Shown: positions 27,748 to 35,958 of the stretch, piece after piece
How positions within the stretch are numbered: position 1 is the first letter of the stretch
How the letters are laid out: each line of letters begins with the position of its first letter
NCBI GenBank assembly: GCA_001780895.1
Contig: MFJJ01000033.1
Coordinates: 1 to 44,038, forward strand
DNA length: 44,038 nt
Direction: 5' to 3'
Source of the DNA: Candidatus Gottesmanbacteria bacterium RIFCSPHIGHO2_01_FULL_46_14
Lineage (GTDB): Bacteria > Patescibacteriota > Microgenomatia > UBA10105 > UBA927
Position numbers and translations under genes: made by a program
The notes under the pieces: model-generated
The model's database searches: none
What the model was told of the DNA's origin: nothing
The model's input: the letters and a program-made list of their open reading frames with translations, nothing else

Positions 27748-29189
27748 AATTACTAATTCTTCTTATCATCTCTATCTTCGCGGTACGCTACCTTTTGTTA
27801 CCTGGATTTATTCCTACTCACGATGGAGAATATCACATCATTCGATTTTGGCAGTTTGAAAATGAGATCCGTGCCGGGGATTATTTTCCCATCTGGGCTC
27901 CGGATCTTAACTCCGGATACGGATTGCCTCTGTTTTATTATCATTACCCGATGCCAAATTATTTTGGTGTTCTATTTCACCAGTTTGGTTTTTCGTATAC
28001 GGATTCCTTCAAGCTCGTACTTGCGACATTTTATATACTAGCGGTCCTCTTTTTTTACTTGTGGTCACGCAGTTTTTGGGGCACTATTCTATTTGCCTGG
28101 ACGCCCTACTGGTTTGTTAATCTTTTTGTCCGGGGATCAATCGGCGAAGTTATGGCAAGTGCGGGTTTTGCGTTTGTCCTTTGGACAAACGCTTCTCGCC
28201 GCAATATCCTTATCTCGCTGGGTGTTGCTTTTATTATCCTCTCGCACAACATTGCTGCGATGCTATTTGTCCCTATTGTTCTTTTATTAAATTTTCGATC
28301 AACGATTGTTGGAATACTACTGGCTGCGTATTTTTGGTTACCTGCAATTTTTTCCCGAGACTTCGTTTTGGGTCTAACAAGCGTTAATCTTTATGATCAT
28401 TTTTCCGAAATTTCCCAGCTGCTCATTCCATCATGGGGAACTGGATTTTCCCAACCTGGTGCTCCGTATAATGAAATGTCCCAACAGCTCGGATTAGGTT
28501 CAATCCTCGTTGGATTTGCCACAATACCGCGGTCGTTTATTCTCGTTCTTATAGCGTTCATGACTACAGCTGGTTCTCGGTTCATATGGAACACGTTACC
28601 ATTTCTGCAATTGGTTCAATATCCGTGGAGAATTTTGATGTTAGTTCCCTTTGTCGTTGGATACCTTGCCAGAAAAATGTCTGGGCGATTTGCAATGATC
28701 GTTGCCGCCATTTCCGTTCTTGCGGCTTTGCCCTATACAAAACCAGTCGTTTATGAACCGAGGGATGATCAATATTATTTATCCCGCAGGGAATTTACCG
28801 ACGGCACCTCGTCTTTGGGTAATAGCATGTCGACAGTTTGGTCACCATGGAAACAGGAGCGTACGAAAGAAAAAATTGAGATAGTCAGTGGCGAAGGAAA
28901 ACTTGAGATGCATGAACTCCTCCCAACGCGTTTGAGTTTCGCGGTCAATGCATCAACTCCCGTCACAGTAAGGATAAATACCGTGTACTTTCCGGGATGG
29001 GAAATCCAGCAACGTGGCCATTGGAGTCCGCTCGTCCCAGATCAAAATGGTCTCATGAGCGTAGAACTTTCGGCTGGAACAAGCCAAATACGAGTCGAAC
29101 TTCATAACACAGCGCTTCGAAAGGGAGCACTCATCGTCTCTCTTATTAGCTTCATTTGGGTGCTCGGATCAGGTATACTCAAGAGATGA
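27744..29189 (+). CDS. GT-C-type membrane protein, THDG subfamily
   Basis: THDGEYHIIR, PIWAPDLNSGYGLPLF, RGSIGE, LSHN, QYPWR, YFPGW. Confidence 0.8.
   Translation: MKLLILLIISIFAVRYLLLPGFIPTHDGEYHIIRFWQFENEIRAGDYFPIWAPDLNSGYGLPLFYYHYPMPNYFGVLFHQFGFSYTDSFKLVLATFYILAVLFFYLWSRSFWGTILFAWTPYWFVNLFVRGSIGEVMASAGFAFVLWTNASRRNILISLGVAFIILSHNIAAMLFVPIVLLLNFRSTIVGILLAAYFWLPAIFSRDFVLGLTSVNLYDHFSEISQLLIPSWGTGFSQPGAPYNEMSQQLGLGSILVGFATIPRSFILVLIAFMTTAGSRFIWNTLPFLQLVQYPWRILMLVPFVVGYLARKMSGRFAMIVAAISVLAALPYTKPVVYEPRDDQYYLSRREFTDGTSSLGNSMSTVWSPWKQERTKEKIEIVSGEGKLEMHELLPTRLSFAVNASTPVTVRINTVYFPGWEIQQRGHWSPLVPDQNGLMSVELSAGTSQIRVELHNTALRKGALIVSLISFIWVLGSGILKR
29174..29179 (+). promoter_or_regulatory. Putative -10 box TATACT 6 nt before ATG 29186
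   Basis: ggTATACT caagag ATG at the head of the soluble-GT/flippase block. Confidence 0.45.
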
Positions 29190-30196
29190 ATATCGCCATA
29201 GATACGTCGCCACTCAATTCCGGTCATAAAGTCCGGGGAGTCGGAAAATACACAAAGCTCCTTATTGAGTCGTTAAAAAAGTACGAATCACAACATTCGT
29301 ATACTTTAATTGAACGAGGGCAAAAAGTACCCAATAATGTTGATTTAGTTCACTATCCTTATTTCGACCCATTTTTTTTGACGTTGCCCCTCATTACGGC
29401 TAAACCAACTGTGATTACAGTTCACGATCTGATACCTCTTGTATTTCCTGACAAATTTCCCAGAGGCCTCCGGGGAGAATTAAAATGGAATATTCAGCGA
29501 CTTGCTTTACGAAATGCCAAAAAAATCATTACAGATTCCCAAAATTCAAAGCGGGATATAGTAAAAATCGTTGGGACTCCCGAGCGAAAAATTTCTGTCG
29601 TTCATTTAGCTCCCGATCCGGCAATTATTGCTGGATCAGCCAAAAGTAGCAAACCAGAGCGATTCTTTATCTATGTTGGGGATCTCAATTGGAACAAAAA
29701 TATACATGGGCTATTGGAGGGTTTTTCTCGGGTACAGACTGGAATAAAATTGATGATTGTAGGTCAGGCGTTTCTTAATAAGAATCTGTCTGAAGCAATC
29801 GCCGTTCGCGAGTACGTAATAAAACTTGGTATTGATGATAGGGTTAGGTTTTTTGGTTACGTTTCAGATGAAAAACTTGGCGTGTTATATGCGTCGTCTC
29901 TGGGGTGCATGCTGCCTTCGTTTTATGAAGGATTTGGACTCCCGGTTCTTGAGGCAATGGCCTGTGGAACGCCGGTTATTGTGAGTCACGGATCCAGTCT
30001 TGATGAGATTGCGGGGCCAGCCTTCCGTGTGGATCCCGCCAATCCCGATACGATAACCGATGCATGTACAAAATTAGCCAATGTATCTCGTCAGGAGAGA
30101 AGTACTATCGTTGAAAAAGGGCGTGTTTGGTCGGCAGAATTTACCTGGGAAAAAGTTGCGCAAAATACTGTACGCGTGTATGAATCGTGTATATGA
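29186..30196 (+). CDS. GT4 glycosyltransferase (MtfB/WbaZ-like)
   Basis: RGVGKY, TVHDLIP, YVG...KN, PSFYEGFGLPVLEAMACGTPVI (EX7E). Start placed at ATG 29186. Confidence 0.92.
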   Translation: MNIAIDTSPLNSGHKVRGVGKYTKLLIESLKKYESQHSYTLIERGQKVPNNVDLVHYPYFDPFFLTLPLITAKPTVITVHDLIPLVFPDKFPRGLRGELKWNIQRLALRNAKKIITDSQNSKRDIVKIVGTPERKISVVHLAPDPAIIAGSAKSSKPERFFIYVGDLNWNKNIHGLLEGFSRVQTGIKLMIVGQAFLNKNLSEAIAVREYVIKLGIDDRVRFFGYVSDEKLGVLYASSLGCMLPSFYEGFGLPVLEAMACGTPVIVSHGSSLDEIAGPAFRVDPANPDTITDACTKLANVSRQERSTIVEKGRVWSAEFTWEKVAQNTVRVYESCI

Positions 30197-30879
30197 AGAA
30201 AGTTTCTATTATCATTCCGGTATACAACGAAGCTCGTACTATAGATCTCATCATACCCAAAGTGCTCGCCGCTCATATTTCGGGTTGGACAAAGGAAGTT
30301 ATCGTTATCGATGATGGGTCTACCGACGGAACTGCCGATAAACTTGGGCGTTGGAAACGACAGTGCCGAATTTTTTTTGAGAGGCCAAATAGAGGAAAGG
30401 GAGCAGCTGTTACTGTTGGGTTAAAACACGCAACGGGAGATGTGATTCTTATTCAAGACGCTGATTTAGAATATGATCCGGCAGATTACCCCAAGTTATT
30501 GTCTCCATTTGATAATGCGCATGTGAATGTTGTCTATGGTTCTCGGTTTCTTGGTCCGCACTTATCAACCATGCTTGTCTACGAATTGGGAAATAAGTTT
30601 GTTACGCTTATGACGAATATTTTATTTAATACCAATATTACAGATATGGAAACCGGATATAAGGCATTCCGCCGGAGTGTGTTGGGTGGTCTCTTGCCGC
30701 TTCGGGCAAAGCGGTTCGATTTGGAGCCAGAGTTGTCAGCAAAGTTTTTAAAACTAGGGCTTCAAATATATGAAGTCCCCATTTCGTATTTCGGTCGTAA
30801 ATTTTCAGAGGGAAAAAAACTTACGTGGCGCGATGGAGTCATTGCGCTCTGGACACTTTTGTGGCTTAGATTCTTTTAG
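30193..30879 (+). CDS. GT2, polyprenol-phosphate mannose synthase (DPM1/Ppm1)-like
   Basis: SIIIPVYNE, IDDGSTDGT, NRGKGAAV, QDADLEYDP, VYGSRF, TDMETGYK, EVPISY.GR...EGKK..W.DG. Confidence 0.9.
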   Translation: MKKVSIIIPVYNEARTIDLIIPKVLAAHISGWTKEVIVIDDGSTDGTADKLGRWKRQCRIFFERPNRGKGAAVTVGLKHATGDVILIQDADLEYDPADYPKLLSPFDNAHVNVVYGSRFLGPHLSTMLVYELGNKFVTLMTNILFNTNITDMETGYKAFRRSVLGGLLPLRAKRFDLEPELSAKFLKLGLQIYEVPISYFGRKFSEGKKLTWRDGVIALWTLLWLRFF

Positions 30880-30881
30880 TT

Positions 30882-31586
30882 ATGGACTTTACCCTTATCC
30901 TTCCTTGTTATAATGAATCAGAGCATCTGGTTGCAAGTATTGAATTTATATTCCGGGTGCTTCGCCTGAGCCGTTTTACGTATGAAGTTCTGCTTATAGA
31001 TGATGCGAGTACCGACGGAACGCAAAAAATTATCGCAAAAGTCATACGGCGATATCAAAACGTTCGAGCCTTCTATCATAAACAAAACATGGGAAGAGGT
31101 TTCACCGTTAGCGAAGGCATTCGATTAGCGCGATCGAAGATAGTTGGATATATTGATGTAGACTGTGAGGTGTCACCTGTATATATTCCATTATTTGTTG
31201 ATACAATAATGCAAAACCACGCAGATATTGTTGTTGCCCATCGCTTTTATCTTTTTCATATTAATTTTCGAAGTATTATACGAACGATCTCGAGCAGGCT
31301 TTATGCCTGGCTTGTAGATTTGTTGCTTCCCATGCCTATTGGTGATACGGAGGCTGGATATAAATTTTTTAACCGTAGGAAAATAATAGGGATTTTAGAT
31401 ATAACGGAAGATCGCCGGTGGTTTTGGGACACAGAAATTTTGGCAAGGAGTAAAGGGCGTCTTATTGTACAAGAAATACCTGTGTTCTATTCCCGAAATC
31501 TTAATAAAACGTCCACCGTACACTTGGTACGTGACAGTATAAAACATCTTGTTTCATTGATTGCCTACAGAATGAAGTTTATATGA
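30882..31586 (+). CDS. GT2, polyprenol-phosphate glucose synthase (Alg5/DPG)-like
   Basis: LILPCYNE, IDDASTDGT, NMGRG, DVD, DTEAGYKFF, WFWDTEIL. Confidence 0.85.
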   Translation: MDFTLILPCYNESEHLVASIEFIFRVLRLSRFTYEVLLIDDASTDGTQKIIAKVIRRYQNVRAFYHKQNMGRGFTVSEGIRLARSKIVGYIDVDCEVSPVYIPLFVDTIMQNHADIVVAHRFYLFHINFRSIIRTISSRLYAWLVDLLLPMPIGDTEAGYKFFNRRKIIGILDITEDRRWFWDTEILARSKGRLIVQEIPVFYSRNLNKTSTVHLVRDSIKHLVSLIAYRMKFI

Positions 31587-32833
31587 AAAGAATTTTTTCG
31601 TATTTCAAAAATGACCGAACGGTAAAATCAGCGACACTCATGGTCGGTGGACACGGACTGGCTAACATCGGAGCCTATTTGTATCACCTCTTTATGGGTC
31701 GCCTCCTTGTGCCGAATGACTACGGGGCACTTCAGAGTCTTATTTCGCTTTCAAATTTATTAAACGTCCCCATAGCTTCCATGAATACGGTTGTAGCCAA
31801 GTTCGTGTCGAGATATGTGGGTCGCGACGAACCGCAAAAAATCGCCTCCCTGTATTATCAGTTGAGAAAACTATTTTTTATATTTTTGATTATCGGAGGA
31901 ACGGTGTTCCTTCTTTTTTCAGATATGATCATGAATTTTCTCCATCTGGATTCGTGGGTAAATGTACTCATTTTAGATATCGCTCTTTTTTTTGGTCTTG
32001 TTAATTTTCTTAACCGGGGAGTGCTTCAGGGGTTATCGCTTTTTGTTCCTCTCACGATCACTCAGTTTATCGAAGCCTTTGGAAAATTCTTTTTTGGTGT
32101 TGTGGCGGTCGTATTGGGTTTGCGTATACCGGGGGCGTTCGGAGCATTTGTACTTGTGATGTTTATTTCCTACGCATATATGATCCGTGTTCTTCATGGA
32201 AAATTAGGTACATTCACTCCACAATCCCTGCCCCTCCGGGAAATGGGTAGATACGCAATTCCCTCTGGTCTTATGACGATTGGGATTACTGCTCTTTACA
32301 ATACAGATGTAGTGTTGGTTCGTCATTTTATGACGGGGTATGAAGCGGGCCTCTATGCTGGGCTGTCGGTTTTAGGTAAAATCATTTTTTTCGGTACGGC
32401 TCCGGTGACAACAGTTATGTTTCCGCTTGTTTCTGAAGCGCACGCGAGAGGAGAGGCATTTCATAGGATATTCCTGTTGAGTTTGTTTTTTCTTTTGGGA
32501 ATTGCAGGAACTACAACACTGATTTTTGCTTTGGTTCCGACGTTGGCTATGAAGGCGCTCATAGGAGCCCAGTATTTAGATGCAGTTCCGTATCTTACTA
32601 CATTCAGTATTTTTATATCATTATGCGCCGTTATTTATCTTTTTGTTAATTTTTTTCTTTCGATCCATAAAACGCGATCAGTGTATGTTGTGCTTCTGGC
32701 AGCATTAATTCAGGCAGTTGCAATTTGGTTTTTTCATCCCACTATATGGGCAGTTATTTCTATTTCTCTTACCGTAACCACGATATGCGCAGTTCTTTTG
32801 ACGCTTTATTATATCTATGTCGCGCGTTCCTAA
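31583..32833 (+). CDS. Wzx/MOP-superfamily oligosaccharide flippase
   Basis: About 12 TM helices, RLL.P.DYG, LQG, NTDVVLVRHF, AGLYA, FP.VS. Confidence 0.85.
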   Translation: MKRIFSYFKNDRTVKSATLMVGGHGLANIGAYLYHLFMGRLLVPNDYGALQSLISLSNLLNVPIASMNTVVAKFVSRYVGRDEPQKIASLYYQLRKLFFIFLIIGGTVFLLFSDMIMNFLHLDSWVNVLILDIALFFGLVNFLNRGVLQGLSLFVPLTITQFIEAFGKFFFGVVAVVLGLRIPGAFGAFVLVMFISYAYMIRVLHGKLGTFTPQSLPLREMGRYAIPSGLMTIGITALYNTDVVLVRHFMTGYEAGLYAGLSVLGKIIFFGTAPVTTVMFPLVSEAHARGEAFHRIFLLSLFFLLGIAGTTTLIFALVPTLAMKALIGAQYLDAVPYLTTFSIFISLCAVIYLFVNFFLSIHKTRSVYVVLLAALIQAVAIWFFHPTIWAVISISLTVTTICAVLLTLYYIYVARS

Positions 32834-33623
32834 ACTATTATCGGTTATTATCCCGGCCTATCATCAGGAAAAAACAATTAAAGAGGATATCACCGAGATA
32901 CTGATTGCACTTTCCCATTTGGAGGATATTTCTTTTGAAATAATTGTGGTTGTTGATGGAATGATGCAGGATAAAACATTTGAAAGAGCAAAAGAAATCC
33001 GTAAGGAAAACCTTCGGATCGTGGGATATGAGCACAATCGTGGCAAAGGATACGCGGTTCGGTATGGGATGGCACGGAGTAAAGGTGACCTTATCGCGTT
33101 TATCGATGCAGGAAGCGACATTAAGCCCGAGGGGATTTCAATGATGATATCTCATTTTCGGTGGTATAACGCTGACATTGTTATTGGAAGCAAGCGTCAT
33201 CCCGTGTCTAAGGTAAACTATCCTTGGTACAGGAAAATTATTTCTTTTGTGTATCAGTTGATTGTAAAGGTCCTCTTTGGTCTATCGATTCGTGATTCTC
33301 AAGTCGGTCTTAAGTTATTTCGAAGACAAGTTCTTGAGGATGTATTACCGAGACTCCTCGTGAAACGATTTGCTTTTGACATCGAAATGCTAGCAGTAGC
33401 TCGTTCACTTGGATATTCAAGGATTTTTGAAGCTCCTGTTGAGTTGGATTTTTCAGCACAGAGTTCCCTAACGTCAGTTAAACTATGGCGAGAAATTGCA
33501 AGTGTCCTGTGGGATACGGTTGCAGTGTTTTACCGTCTCCGAATTTTACGATATTACGATGCGACCAACAAAAGACGGTGGCGATATGATCCAGAACTTA
33601 ATTTCCGTATAAACTTGCCATAA
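32817..33623 (+). CDS. GT2, polyprenol-phosphate glucose synthase (Alg5/DPG)-like
   Basis: SVIIPAY, VVVDG, NRGKGYAVRYG, DAG (variant DxD), GSKRHP, DSQVGLKLF, FAFDIEML. Confidence 0.85.
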   Translation: MSRVPKLLSVIIPAYHQEKTIKEDITEILIALSHLEDISFEIIVVVDGMMQDKTFERAKEIRKENLRIVGYEHNRGKGYAVRYGMARSKGDLIAFIDAGSDIKPEGISMMISHFRWYNADIVIGSKRHPVSKVNYPWYRKIISFVYQLIVKVLFGLSIRDSQVGLKLFRRQVLEDVLPRLLVKRFAFDIEMLAVARSLGYSRIFEAPVELDFSAQSSLTSVKLWREIASVLWDTVAVFYRLRILRYYDATNKRRWRYDPELNFRINLP

Positions 33624-34735
33624 TGAGAATTCTTATCCTCAATTGGCGTGATATTAATAATCCCGAGCATGGTGGGGCGGAGATTCTTACTCATGAAATA
33701 GCAAAGCGCTGGGTTGTTTGGGGACACGAAGTGACGCAGTTTTCGTCTTTCTTTGCAGGAGGGGTAAAGACAGAAAATCTTGACGGTGTACACGTAATAC
33801 GCCGGGGATCGAGCATGATCCGTTCATTTCATGTTCCTGTGCACGTCGCTGCATGGTATTGGTACCGTTTGCATAGCCGTGAATTTGATGTTGTAATCGA
33901 CGAAATTCACGGTATACCTTTTTTTTCGACTCTCTATGTGCGCCAGCCCGTGATTGCACTTATTTGTGAAGTTGCAGGCGACCTTTGGAATATTACTTTT
34001 TCCTGGCCCCTGAATCTCATAGGTGCCTTCATTGAACGCAATTATTTTCGTTACTATCAAACCACCCCGTTTATGACAATCTCGAAATCTTCAAAAAATG
34101 AACTCGTACAAAGAGGCGTTCGTGAGTCCCGCATAACGGTGCTTCCTATGGGGGTTACCGTTCCTCCGTTTGCAGGGCAAAAAAGAAAAGAGGAAGTCCC
34201 CACGCTTATATATGTGGGAAGATTGACTAAGGCAAAAGGAATTGAAGATGCAATAAACGTAGCTGGTCGCCTTAAAAATTCTCTCCCAAACATAAAACTT
34301 TGGGTTGTAGGTTCCGGAGATTCCGATTATATGTCGACGCTGACTAAGAAGATAAAATCGCAAGGCCTTTGGCCCAATATCCAGTTATTCGGATATATAA
34401 GCGAACATAAAAAGTATGATTTAATGGCTAGCGCTCATATTTTGATCGCCCCTTCGAGTAAAGAAGGATGGGGACTAACGCCAATTGAGGCAGGCTGTGT
34501 CGGAACACCATCCGTTGCATATAATGTTGATGGACTCAGGGACTCTGTGCTTCACAACAAAACCGGGCTTCTCACAGTGCCTTCGGTTTCTTCCATGGAG
34601 CAGGGAGTACGGAAGCTATTGGGTGACCAAATTTTATATAAAAAGTTAATGACTGGTGGGCAAATGCGTGCAAAAGAGTATTCCTGGGACAATACAGCCA
34701 AAGTTGCCATCGATGTTCTTACAAGGGTTGCATGA
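33623..34735 (+). CDS. GT4 glycosyltransferase
   Basis: NWRD..NP..GGAE, YVGRL...KG, PSSKEGWGLTPIEA. Confidence 0.92.
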   Translation: MRILILNWRDINNPEHGGAEILTHEIAKRWVVWGHEVTQFSSFFAGGVKTENLDGVHVIRRGSSMIRSFHVPVHVAAWYWYRLHSREFDVVIDEIHGIPFFSTLYVRQPVIALICEVAGDLWNITFSWPLNLIGAFIERNYFRYYQTTPFMTISKSSKNELVQRGVRESRITVLPMGVTVPPFAGQKRKEEVPTLIYVGRLTKAKGIEDAINVAGRLKNSLPNIKLWVVGSGDSDYMSTLTKKIKSQGLWPNIQLFGYISEHKKYDLMASAHILIAPSSKEGWGLTPIEAGCVGTPSVAYNVDGLRDSVLHNKTGLLTVPSVSSMEQGVRKLLGDQILYKKLMTGGQMRAKEYSWDNTAKVAIDVLTRVA

Positions 34736-35958
34736 AGGTTTTATTTATTACCTCCACATTTCCAAGAAGCGATTCTGATACACAGGTCCCGTGGTTATCT
34801 CATCTTATCTTGGAGCTTTGCAAACGAGGAATTGCCCCTCTGGTGTTTGCGCCATCGTACAAAGGTCTCCCGTCACACACCTATCGTGGCATTCCCGTCG
34901 TTCGTTTTCGCTACGCTCCGGCGCCCCTTGAGATACTCACCCACGAGGAAGGTGCGGTGTTTAAACTTCGGCAGCGTCCGTGGTTATCTGTGCTTTCCAT
35001 TTTTTACCTTTGCGCGGGACTTATGGGGCTAATTAGGCTGCGGAAAAAACAATTTGATATTGTCCATGTGCAATGGCCATTTCCCAATGGCATTCTTGGA
35101 CTTTTTGCTAAGTTGGTTTTTGGCGCAAAACTTATTCTTACATTCCATGGGGCGGAGTTTACCCTGATTCGGAAAGTTCCACTGGGAAATTCGATTCTGC
35201 GATATATACTCTCCAAAGCCGATCAGGTAATTGCCAACTCCACCTTTACGCGCGACTTAATTCATCAAATTTTGAGGATTCCGGTATATATTATCCCTTT
35301 CGCATCTACTGTTTCGGTTGGCCAAAGAGCAACGTTCAAACGAATTTTATCCAAGAAAACATTCAACATACTTTTCGTTGGTCGACTCATTGAGCGAAAG
35401 GGCGTGCAATACCTCATTTGGGCATTTGAACGCCTCCACAAAAAAAATAGTAACGTCAGACTGGATGTAGTCGGAAATGGCCCGTTACTAACCCAGATCA
35501 AAGAGCAAGTGGATGCATGCGGATTGCATGGGGTAGTCAGGCTATATGAGAATATTGGCGAGAAGGAGTTGGTCCGATTTTACCAAAAGAGCGACCTATT
35601 TGTTCTTCCCTCCATTGTCGACCGGTGGAAGGACACGGAAGGGCTTGGCGTCGTCCTTATTGAAGCCATGAGTTTCGGTATACCAGTCATAGCTTCCAAT
35701 GTGGGAGGAATACCCAGCGTGGTGAAGCATTATGAAAATGGATTATTAGTTCCGCAAAAAGATCCAGTAGCACTTGCCAATGCAATCGACGAACTTATTC
35801 GCAACCCAAACCTTGCGAAGAGATTGGGGGAAAATGGCGTATCTTTTGTGAGAAAAAATTATAACTGGGAGTCGATAGTGGGCAAAACTATCCGTCTTTA
35901 TAACAATCCGTACGATAATATTACAGGAAGCTATGGTAAAAGGCGTCGCGCCACTTAA
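34732..35958 (+). CDS. GT4 glycosyltransferase
   Basis: TFHG, FVGRLIERKG, LPS...TEGLGVVLIEAM, GGIP, NG.LVP. Confidence 0.92.
   Translation: MKVLFITSTFPRSDSDTQVPWLSHLILELCKRGIAPLVFAPSYKGLPSHTYRGIPVVRFRYAPAPLEILTHEEGAVFKLRQRPWLSVLSIFYLCAGLMGLIRLRKKQFDIVHVQWPFPNGILGLFAKLVFGAKLILTFHGAEFTLIRKVPLGNSILRYILSKADQVIANSTFTRDLIHQILRIPVYIIPFASTVSVGQRATFKRILSKKTFNILFVGRLIERKGVQYLIWAFERLHKKNSNVRLDVVGNGPLLTQIKEQVDACGLHGVVRLYENIGEKELVRFYQKSDLFVLPSIVDRWKDTEGLGVVLIEAMSFGIPVIASNVGGIPSVVKHYENGLLVPQKDPVALANAIDELIRNPNLAKRLGENGVSFVRKNYNWESIVGKTIRLYNNPYDNITGSYGKRRRAT

Noticed and set aside
9467-29189. Pterin biosynthesis role for the THDG proteins
   Set aside because: They are polytopic membrane proteins without the soluble T-fold PTPS motifs; the family name appears to be an annotation legacy.
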